From assembly GCF_001194135.2 (NCBI RefSeq), contig NC_068987.1:5656948-5719928 (forward strand): a stretch of DNA of 62,981 nucleotides, given 5' to 3'. This document shows, piece after piece, positions 51,588-62,981 of the stretch. The stretch is from Octopus bimaculoides (taxonomy: Eukaryota). How positions within the stretch are numbered: the stretch's first letter is position 1; the number at the start of each line of letters is the position of its first letter. The translations under genes were made by a program, and so were the position numbers. Under the pieces are notes generated by a model. That model ran no database searches. It had not been told where the DNA came from and saw nothing but the letters and a program-made list of their open reading frames with translations.

Positions 51588-52171
51588 GTAGTACCAAATG
51601 TTCGGCTGCTCTGAAACGCTACTTAAATCAGGCCACAGATATGAATTCATGAGACACGAGTTGTTAATCTAATACGTCACCCAACAGAACATTAGGCTTC
51701 TGCAAATTAATTTGATAAAAATGATTGAAATATATCTTACAAAGCAACAATATTCAGCTTTTATAAATGTGTTACGGTTCAATGAAGGTGAATGGCGAAA
51801 TTCATACAACGTTGCCCTCTCCCCGTCCAACCCTTATTCCTTATTGTTTTACGTGTATTTAGTTTTTCGCATTAATTATCATGTAATTAATAAGTTTTGC
51901 GACGAGTATTGTTTCGTTACTTATCGATATTCGTTCGTGACTGTCATATCGTTGTGCTTAAACATATGTTAACAAGTGTCGTATCGATTTCTGACAAAAC
52001 CACACAAGGAAAGCAGCTTGGAAAGTGAAAGTAGCATTACATTAATCTGACTTGTAAACGTTTCCATATATTTCATGATGTTTATGGCTATGTTATCATA
52101 CTGTACGCATACAGACACACAGGACACACACACACACGCACACGCGGATACATGAATGTATGCATGTATAC

Positions 52172-52229
<58 letters not shown>

Positions 52230-52509
52230 CCTTTGTGTGTCTCCTTTCTCTCTCCACCTCTCTCTCACTGTCCTCTTTCTCCCTCCCTCCTTTCAGGTTA
52301 CACCCGAGGCAGATTAGACGCTACTAGTTCAGTTGTAAACTAACTTCCAGCCATAAAACTTTAAAAAAAAAACCCAAACAATACGGCAAACAATAAATAA
52401 AATAAAATACGATAAAGGTGGTGCTCCAGTATGGTTGCAGCCGCATGTGTGAAGTCATTAAAAATATACATAAAAATACACGTATACATATATGTGTCCG
52501 TCTGTGCGT

Positions 52510-52542
<33 letters not shown>

Positions 52543-53255
52543 TTGATACGTACATACAATACATAGCCATACATATATGCACACACACACACGCACACAC
52601 GTATGCATACGTGAGTTAGCAAATATAGCTTCTAACGCGAAATGTTATTTCTGATCTGCGATGTATCATTAGGGAAACGTGTCCATCATTTCATGAACGA
52701 CATCTACAATGTTGAGAAATATTCCATTGAATTCTCACGTTTCTTACTATAAATATCCCCCCCCCCCTCAAATACATTGCTACCTATCTTTAGGCAGATT
52801 AACACTAACCTAGCAATATACTGGCAACCAGATCAAAGAAATAATATCACACGCACACAAATGCAAATACAATCCTAATATCATACACACACACGCTCAC
52901 GAACACATACATATNNNNNNNNNNNNNNNNNNNNNNNNNNNNNNNNNNNNNNNNNNNNNNNNNNNNNNNNNNNNNNNNNNNNNNNNNNNNNNNNNNNNNN
53001 NNNNNNNNNNNNNNNNNNNNNNNNNNNNNNNNNNNNNNNNNNNNNNNNNNNNNNNNNNNNNNNNNNNNNNNNNNNNNNNNNNNNNNNNNNNNNNNNNNNN
53101 NNNNNNNNNNNNNNNNNNNNNNNNNNNNNNNNNNNNNNNNNNNNNNNNNNNNNNNNNNNNNNNNNNNNNNNNNNNNNNNNNNNNNNNNNNNNNNNNNNNN
53201 NNNNNNNNNATATATACATATATACAAATATGCACATATATATGTATCTACGTAT

Positions 53256-53290
<35 letters not shown>

Positions 53291-54998
53291 CATACATACA
53301 TACATACATACATCCTAGTGTTCTACTGCTCCCCGCATACACACTTACAAACACACACACACACACACATACACACATATATTTATTAATATAGACACAT
53401 TCTCATATAACTATATTCAAAAGTCTATGTAAGACTTACTAGAATTTCAGCTCTCGACTTAATCGTTTCGTTGTTGTTTGGCTGGTATATTACCGAAGGG
53501 GATGTTGTCAGACTCTAGGCAAACGACACATCATTTTGAAGAATAGTGGAATAAATACCAATCTGTCTTATGTTTTTGTGTTTGTTTATGCTTGTGGGTA
53601 TGTGTATAGATAAGCTGCTTTTCTCCGTTGTCCTTAGTTAGAAATCTACAGACAGCTACACAAAGTTTATACCAAGTCATTCTACTTCTGCTCGTTTATA
53701 CGCGAAGTGATGCCAATGAAAACAAATCTTGTTAAATGAATCAGGAACACCAGACAGCAGATCGGATAATAATGATCAATGTTTCTTATATGGGTATGAC
53801 AAGTTTCTTATGGAAGTATGACAAGTTTATTATGGAAGTATGACAAGTTGAGATGAATTAATAATTAGTCTGAAGATTAATCTCTCGGTGAGTCATCGTT
53901 CGTAGTGGCCGTGTATACTCAATAGAATTAACCCAAGAAATTGATGTATTTCCCGGCGTATATCATGTTCTCATGCATTAGACGCAATTCCATTTTACGA
54001 ATATCTTTTGTTGAAGAGAAATTTGATATTTTTTATCATACAGTTATTGGAATATATTTCGAAGTTGTTTTATAGGGGAAATGTATGATTGTGTGCAAGT
54101 AAATACCAATATTGTGATAGAATACAGGAATAATGTATGAAATAATAAATTTATCATATCCGAAGTGCGGTATACGAGTACGTACAAGCAGAGGGATTCA
54201 ACACAAAACTGCATGAGTGCAAAGCGAGCTTCTTAGCCACAGAGCCACCTTTGCACCCGACCATATTCAGGAAAGATGTCTGTCTCAAGATCTCCGACCC
54301 CTTTTTTGTTTACATAAAAAATTACAATTTTGAACTGAGTCACGTTTCTCCTTAAATCGGTTCCATAATGATACTGAACCATATCAGTATTCATTGATAT
54401 CCCTTCCCGTAACCAGGAAGTAATTTTTGATAACCGTTAATTATCTTCATTATATCAAGCTACTGTTTACGCAAGCAACAAAAATCAATGAAACGTTTGT
54501 TATTTGAGTTAATGGTGCGTTGACTGTGTTTTGATAGAATGCAATACTGCAGTACAGAATATGCTTACAATCTTTTAAAGAACACTGCATGTATAGAGGT
54601 AAAAAATACCGAACACGTATGTAGAATATCTTCGTGAAAACAAAAGCAGGATCAACGTGTTTTGTGCTGGTATTTCATTAGCAACTGTGTACCCTCGCTA
54701 ACTATCCTTAGAGATGCACTTTTACAAAGAGCTGAAGTAAATTCGAGATAACAATTTGCGTTTGTAACGAATACTTGACACAACTCTAACTGTGTTTTGT
54801 TTCAATGCAACAAATCCAAAGATTTCCTGGTAACACTATATATATTGAGAGTTGCGAACATCTCTTTTGTAAATAGAATTTCCTTTTAGAGAGAAAAATA
54901 ATACTCTTAGTAATATGCTGCTTAAGTAACTGGCTGAACTTAAGCCATATATTATTTGTGTGTGTGTCTGTATGTACATATATACGTGTGTGTTTGTT

Positions 54999-55067
<69 letters not shown>

Positions 55068-55069
<2 letters not shown>

Positions 55070-55563
55070 ATTCTCCCTGTGCTCCCGAGTAATTGAGCAG
55101 TAAATTGACGCCACTGGATTCTGTTGGCGGCACTTTTCTCTGCATCTGGTCACGTGATATTGGCTTCCCTCATGTCAGTTATGAACGCCCTGCACTACGT
55201 CGTATTCTGTCTTCCTCTCTCTTTCTCCCCCCCCCCTCCATCCAGTGGTGTCCATTTAAAGGCTGTTTTGAGAATGGCATTGTTGTGCTTACCGTATTAT
55301 ATGACCTGCTAGTTTTAATCTTCGTTCTCCGATAATTCTCGCTAAGTGGTCTTGCGTAGGTTCTCTTTGCAATGTCTTCATTGGTTATCCGTTCTTGCCG
55401 GTTTGTTCTCGGAATCTTTCTCAAGCATCTTCTTCATACATAAATTCGGCCCTGATCTAGCACGAAGCAAGTACGGAACTCATCTCTTGCATTATTCAAT
55501 GCTTATTACAAAACGGTATTTTGAGACTCCTGCATTCATTGCCCAATCGATATCAATCCATTT
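55068..55563 (-). mobile_element. Decayed RTE-like LINE ORF2 C-terminus
   Basis: Minus strand, with frameshifts: LRKIPRTNRQERITNEDIAKRTYARPLSE...LKLAGHII...LKTAFKWTPLDGG...ITDMREANIT*PDAEKSAANRIQWRQFTAQL. Resembles the RITNEE...RRLxxAGH...WxP.GxR...AxDRxxWR tail of RTE-clade LINEs. Confidence 0.75.
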
Positions 55564-55699
55564 GTCCCTTTCCTTGTTGTTGTTGTTGCTATTACTGTTG
55601 TTGTTGTTGTTGTTCTTGTTAATATTCAAATCAGAATTGCGTGCCACATCTCTTTCATCAGATCTGTTTATACCACACACAGAAACACCCACACAGCCC

Positions 55700-56200
<501 letters not shown>

Positions 56201-56242
56201 GTTCTTCATTGCCTTAGTCGTGCACTCAACATCGACAATACC

Positions 56243-56273
<31 letters not shown>

Positions 56274-56744
56274 TCACCACCACCAGCAACAAGAACAACC
56301 TACAACGACGGCAGAAACAATAATAACAAGAACCATTTTTATTTCTCTTTTGTCCTTCGCATTTTTGTTACTTTTTCTTGTTGTTTATTTGAATTTGTTA
56401 TTTTTCTTCTCTCAAGGATGTTTCCAACATTAAGTCCCGCTCAGCTTCATTGTTCCATGTCATGCAATCATCATTTTGTCGTCTTCGTCGTCATTGTTGT
56501 TGTTGTTATTGTTGTTATCCTCTTCAGCATTGCCATTCTCATCATCTTTACTTTTATTTCCCCCTCCCCACACACCCCTTTTTTTTACTACTAATATTTA
56601 TCGTTTGTCTATTTATTATTTTTCTTTCCATTTCTTTTTTGTTTTTTTTTCATTTCGTTTTTCACTTTTCTTTTCCTTTGATACAGTAATTCATTCATAT
56701 ATTCTTTATTTCCTTCGTTCTTTATTTTATTTTTGCGAAACATT

Positions 56745-57206
56745 ATCGTCATCATCATCATCATCATTACCATCATCATCATCATCGTCATCATCGTCAT
56801 CATCATCCTCATCATCATTATCATCATCATCACAACCAAGCCACTAACCGTCATCTCAAAGCCCCCACCACCACCACCACCATCAGCTCATCATTACTAT
56901 CACCGCCACCACCACCGCCACTGTAACCGCTGTCTCCACAGTGCCGCAGCCAGCGGTTCCACCGCCGTCATACAGGAGACAGCGTCATCGCAGCCATCGT
57001 CATCGTCGTTCTTCTTCTTCTTCTTCTTCTTCTTTTTCTTCTTCTTCTTCTTCTTCTTCTTCTTCTTCTTCTTCTTCTTCTTCTTCTTCTTCTCCTCCTC
57101 CTTCTCCTTCTTCTTCTTCTTCTTTTTCTTCTTCTTCCTTTTCTTCTTCATTTTCCTCCTCCTCCTTTCCCGTCCTCCTCCTTCTTTCCCCTCCTCCTCC
57201 TTCTTT
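56745..57206. repeat. Mosaic trinucleotide tract (ATC)/(ACC)/(TTC)/(TCC)
   Basis: Directly visible; explains the poly-S/F/E/K ORFs; runs into the N-gap at 57207. Confidence 0.9.
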
Positions 57207-58238
57207 NNNNNNNNNNNNNNNNNNNNNNNNNNNNNNNNNNNNNNNNNNNNNNNNNNNNNNNNNNNNNNNNNNNNNNNNNNNNNNNNNNNNNNNNNNNNNN
57301 NNNNNNNNNNNNNNNNNNNNNNNNNNNNNNNNNNNNNNNNNNNNNNNNNNNNNNNNNNNNNNNNNNNNNNNNNNNNNNNNNNNNNNNNNNNNNNNNNNNN
57401 NNNNNNNNNNNNNNNNNNTCTTTCCCCTCCTCCCTTCTTTCCCCTCTCCCCATCCCCCATCCATTTACCGTTCCCTCCCTCCCCCCGTCATTCATCGATC
57501 GCCAATTATTCATCTTGATCTTCCTCCTTCATATTTTAAGGTGAGGGTGGTTGGTCGCGGGTGGAGTGTGTTGTATTTTTGAAGATTATCTTTTGTTTCG
57601 TAAAATAAAATCAGTTTTTAAATTGTAATTAATTGGTTCAATAGACGAGTAGCGTGACGTTTGGATGGGAAAGAGGGGAGGGGTTCGGTTCTGGTGGAGA
57701 TGCCTTCACCATCATCATCATCGTCATTGTCGTCGTCATCGTCATTGTCGTCGTCATCGTCGTCATCATCATCATCATCATAGTCGTGAAAACGATTAAT
57801 GATACCAATGGACGTCTTCGTATATAATTTTCTAAAAAAAATTTAAACAAAACCTTTAACATTTTATTTCAATTATTAGAGACAAAACTGTTAATATTGC
57901 TAGCGTGAGAGTACAACAGAGGAAGTGTGAGAGGGGCAGGTAGATGGAAAACAAACAACAGAAGACGGGTAGAGAGGGTGAAAGAGTGAAAGGGAGAGAA
58001 GAAGAAAGACAGAGAGGGAGAAAGAGTGGATGAGAGAGAGGGAGTGTCTAAAAGAGAGATTCTCAGATTGCCGTGTCCATGATTTCGTTTCGATTGCGCA
58101 GTTTGAAACTGTTTTACTTCATTTTGAAAATACTTGAAAATCGCAAAATTTCATTTCTTCTCCTCTGTGTCTTCATCATCATCACCGCCACCATAATAAT
58201 CTTTCTGTTCCTCTCATTATCATCAAGGTCTACTACAT

Positions 58239-58310
58239 CAGTGGTTCGCAACCTGGGATCCGCGCGGAGGTAGTATTGGGGGTTCGTGAACTAAATTGAA
58301 AATTTCACAT
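58239..58310. mobile_element. Putative hAT-type element left end
   Basis: Begins CAGTGGTTCGCAACCTGGG, resembling Charlie/hAT termini; truncated by a microsatellite and gap. Confidence 0.5.
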
Positions 58311-59904
58311 ACATACATACANNNNNNNNNNNNNNNNNNNNNNNNNNNNNNNNNNNNNNNNNNNNNNNNNNNNNNNNNNNNNNNNNNNNNNNNNNNNNNN
58401 NNNNNNNNNNNNNNNNNNNNNNNNNNNNNNNNNNNNNNNNNNNNNNNNNNNNNNNNNNNNNNNNNNNNNNNNNNNNNNNNNNNNNNNNNNNNNNNNNNNN
58501 NNNNNNNNNNNNNNNNNNNNNNNNNNNNNNNNNNNNNNNNNNNNNNNNNNNNNNNNNNNNNNNNNNNNNNNNNNNNNNNNNNNNNNNNNNNNNNNNNNNN
58601 NNNNNNNNNNNNNNNNNNNNNNNNNNNNNNNNNNNNNNNNNNNNNNNNNNNNNNNNNNNNNNNNNNNNNNNNNNNNNNNNNNNNNNNNNNNNNNNNNNNN
58701 NNNNNNNNNNNNNNNNNNNNNNNNNNNNNNNNNNNNNNNNNNNNNNNNNNNNNNNNNNNNNNNNNNNNNNNNNNNNNNNNNNNNNNNNNNNNNNNNNNNN
58801 NNNNNNNNNNNNNNNNNNNNNNNNNNNNNNNNNNNNNNNNNNNNNNNNNNNNNNNNNNNNNNNNNNNNNNNNNNNNNNNNNNNNNNNNNNNNNNNNNNNN
58901 NNNNNNNNNNNNNNNNNNNNNNNNNNNNNNNNNNNNNNNNNNNNNNNNNNNNNNNNNNNNNNNNNNNNNNNNNNNNNNNNNNNNNNNNNNNNNNNNNNNN
59001 NNNNNNNNNNNNNNNNNNNNNNNNNNNNNNNNNNNNNNNNNNNNNNNNNNNNNNNNNNNNNNNNNNNNNNNNNNNNNNNNNNNNNNNNNNNNNNNNNNNN
59101 NNNNNNNNNNNNNNNNNNNNNNNNNNNNNNNNNNNNNNNNNNNNNNNNNNNNNNNNNNNNNNNNNNNNNNNNNNNNNNNNNNAAGTAAAAGAATAAAAGA
59201 ATACAAACATGCACATATACCTCCTACGACTAAGACGCTGTTCAACCCAAAGACATGGTAGAAACCATTTACTCAAGATCAAGGCACCGAGCAGTAGGAT
59301 CGAACCTCGAACCACGTGTGTGCCATGCACCTATGCTTACACTCTTTGGATCAATACGGAGCTACATTGGCGTCCGTTATCAGATTCCGTCTTAAAAGTG
59401 TCATATTTCGTGTGTAACAAACCTTGTAGTTGCTATCGCTGTTGTTGTTGTTACTGTTAGTTTTAAAATCTTGGATTCTGTATTGACAGGAAGTTGCTTA
59501 ACTATGTATCGTTATTATTCGTCATTCTCCTAATTTATCTCTTCTTTCTATTTTTTTCTCTGTGATCGAAGAGTTTGGACAAGAAGTCACAAGTGACTTG
59601 CAACTATTGATTCGCTTATCATATCCATTCCACATATTTATAAATACATACACACACACATATATATAGACGTATTATTTGTTTATTCATTATTATTATT
59701 ATTATTATTATTATCATTATTATTATTATTATCATTATTATTATTATTATTTATATCTACTCCCATCTCGCCTGCCATTTCATCGAGTTCTGTTATTCAG
59801 ATAATAGTTTGTTTTTTTGTTGTTATCACTTAAACAGTGGAACCGGACATAGCATGAAATATCATGAGCTGTTACGTAATATTGCTTTTAAAATTTGTCA
59901 CAAA

Positions 59905-60070
59905 GTCACCATCTCCCCCAGTACACAGCTGGTACTTATTTTACTGACACCGAATGGATGAAAGGCAAAATCGACTTGAACGGAATTTGAACTCGGGCAT
60001 AAAGACGGACGAAAAGCCTCGAAGCATTTCGCCCTGCGTGCTAACGATTCTTCCACCCCCCACCGCCTTG
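59905..60070 (-). mobile_element. SINE family A (diverged)
   Basis: ctggtacttatttt...gatgaaaggcaaaatcgac...ggaatttgaactc...gcgtgctaacgattc. Confidence 0.8.
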
Positions 60071-60204
60071 AACTGTTTAATAATATTAAGGGCTTATATA
60101 ACTACCGATGAATCTAACGGTGTCTGAGGTGCGACTTAGAAACCCGGTAGCTGTCTTTATTGGTGCAAGGGTTCGACAGAGAAAAAAAGTGAGCCGAGCA
60201 AATA

Positions 60205-60633
60205 CCGTAAATCCTCAGTATAGTCCGCCCTTGAGTATAATACGCAGGGGATTTTTAGGGGGCCGTACCTATGAAAAACCTAAACCTTGTGTATAATACG
60301 CATCCCTTCTCTAATTTGAGTCAAGGAGGTCTATATAATGTCCTTGGTTTGTAAACGTATATACGGTAACGTCCTTTATTATTATTGTATACATAACACT
60401 GCAAACGTGTAGCTTTAGCTTTTTCGTGCACATTGTTTGCAGAAAATAAAGAAATAACAGTAATAACGTCAGTGAAAAATAAATATTAAGTAAATTGTCT
60501 TTCACATATTTATCACTTAGAAAATTTTGCTTAGAAAATATTTTTCAATTTTAACCTCGTATATAGTACGCACTAAAAATTTTGACCTCTAAATTTTGGG
60601 AAAAAAGTGCGGATTATACTCGAGGATTTACGG
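60205..60633. mobile_element. TA-flanked MITE (Tc1/mariner-pogo type)
   Basis: TA|CCGTAAATCCTC-AGTATAGTCCGC (60205 onward) versus GCGGATTATACTCGAGGATTTACGG|TA (ends 60633): about 25-bp imperfect TIRs with a TA duplication on each side, no coding capacity. Confidence 0.85.
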
Positions 60634-62295
60634 TATATAGAAGTAAGTTTGTAAGCTCTTTTAAATCTTGCGATCTTTGTTGCATATTCAGACATACATC
60701 CATTCATTTGAAAGAGAAACACAAACTGTATTCTCAGATAATCAGACCAACAAATTTACTAGTAAAACGATCGTCAGAAATTAAAGTCCTGAATATTTAT
60801 TATGGTGCTTTTCACAATTGGCACTTTACTCTATTGGCATTTGATCAAATAGCCGAGCAATAGTCTCAGAAACTACTTGGTGAATATTTGTACAAGCAAA
60901 AGTTGTAATAACTATATTCCAAATACAGTTATGGTTTGTAGCTTAAGGATATAAAGTAATTTATTTTACGTGTCTGTGACTTAGTCAAATCTAATTCATC
61001 ATCATACGAAACATATTTGATCTCGACACCCTCAAACTATATACTAATTTCTGGTTAGTCTTAAACTCTATAATCGAATCTCTTCTATTTCTTATCGTAC
61101 CTGTGTTGCTCGATGCAAAATGGATGAACAAAATATACGTTTATTGTCTTAGTTTAACTTATGATAATGAAGAGATATGAACTCGCACTAAGGGGTCAAC
61201 AATATTTTCTCTGACATTTTCAATTCTGTGGATATTGTTAATGAAATATGCCTGACGCCCTACATTAGATGTCTTCACCGAATGTAAAATATGTAGAAGC
61301 AAATTTTGCCATTAATTTAACGCTTATCCTATATAACCATGCTTTTGTTTTCGGATATGTGATGTTGTTTCGCACATGCATGTGTATGTGATATGGAATT
61401 CACAGCAAGGTTTAAACTTTGATATATTGATTCTCTGACACCAAGAACAGCCTATGAATTAATCAGCGCTAATAGAATCTATGTTTTCATTAGTAATTTG
61501 TTTAAGAACACGGCCATATTCTTTTAACATACACATAATACCGTTTATCCGGTTCTTAGCAAAATCGAATTATCTATTTAACAACGTAAAACCTATTTCA
61601 TTTCAACATTTTCGGAAGCCTGGTGAAATTTGCTTGTTCGTTTAAATCAAATGACATTGGCCATAGAAGTGGAAATGAATAATAACTAGCTACATACAGA
61701 GACATATCACATTGATTATTCTCTTTAATTTCTTTCGCTATCTATCTATCTACCTGTCTGTTTGCATCTATATGCAAACAGACATATATAAGCTCACGTA
61801 CGTGTGTAGTTATGTGTACATATATTATATATATGCATGTAACTAATTATATACCTATATGTATATATGTGCGTGTGCATGTGTGTATGTGCGTGTGTGT
61901 ATGTATACTGTGTGTTTCAAAACCTGAAACCAGTGAAAGCGCTTACACAAAATCTTCCTTCCATCTGGGCTGTGCTAATCTACTTTTTAATTTAAGAAAT
62001 CTTATTTCAAATATGACCCTATCAAGGACCTTTTGTAAACATTTTAAATACATATGTGTGCGCGCACACCCATTCCTACACACCCACACTCACACCAAAT
62101 ACCCACACCCATGTTTGTTGGGACCAACAGGAAATTGAATATCGGACATTCGAATACGCCTATTCTATCAAATTACAGTCTCAAATACTCGTAAAAAGAT
62201 TAAGGCACTTTTCTCTCTTTTAATTTACTCTAATTTAACCTCTCTCTCTCCTGTTCTCTTTTCTTCTCCATGATCTCTCATCTTGTATATGTGTG

Positions 62296-62329
<34 letters not shown>

Positions 62330-62850
62330 TAGTTCAAAAACACAATAACAAAGAAACAAATATATATATGTATATATATATGTGTACCTATCTTTATATA
62401 TATATGTGTGTGTGTGTGTATACACATAGTCATACATACATGCACACACACACGCACACACACACACACACACACACATACACACACACATACATATGCG
62501 TAAATTACAAACAATGAGAATGAGTGCTCAATACTGCATTGGTGGATAAAAGCTCTTTGTATGTGTATTTTTAAAGTCGATCACATGGAAGAATGGTGTT
62601 CGCTTACATTTAATAATAATCCCCCGTTCTTGTATTCAAATATTTATGCATGTATTTACGTACGTACGTATGTATGTATGTATGTATGTATGTGTGTGCA
62701 TGTATGTGTGTGCTCCAGTAAGGCCGCAGTGCAATAACTGAAACAAGGAAAAGAAGAAATATATATTTATATATTCTTTTTGTTGTTTCAGTTATTGCAC
62801 TGCAGCCTTATTGAGGCACACACGTACATGCACACACATACATACACACA

Positions 62851-62883
<33 letters not shown>

Positions 62884-62981
62884 GCATACATACATAAGTG
62901 TGTGTGTGGGGGGGTGTAATTGTTCGGTCTTCTGCACCACGTGACAACTGCTATTTGTTTGCCTACGTACCAGTAACTTAA

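Overview
AT-rich, microsatellite-dense eukaryotic genomic DNA with 14 N-gaps, most of which sit in or beside simple repeats. The SINE content and repeat landscape suggest an octopus-like cephalopod; this is an inference, not a database result. No host protein-coding gene can be supported, and nearly all of the ORF track is translated microsatellite or gap. Recognisable content: (i) dozens of copies of at least four Pol III (A-box/B-box) SINE families, labelled A-D here for convenience; (ii) several 5'-truncated R4/Dong-type restriction-like-endonuclease (RLE) retrotransposon ends beside (AAT)n/(AAC)n tracts; (iii) a HERO/NeSL-like RLE relic, an RTE-like LINE relic, a mariner transposase fragment, a TA-flanked MITE and hAT-like ends. 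The most notable observation is a type I minimal hammerhead-ribozyme motif of the Penelope-associated kind at 35314-35359, with a decayed inverted twin at 34946-34991. The window also has a recurring set of local inverted duplications and a few isolated candidate small exons.
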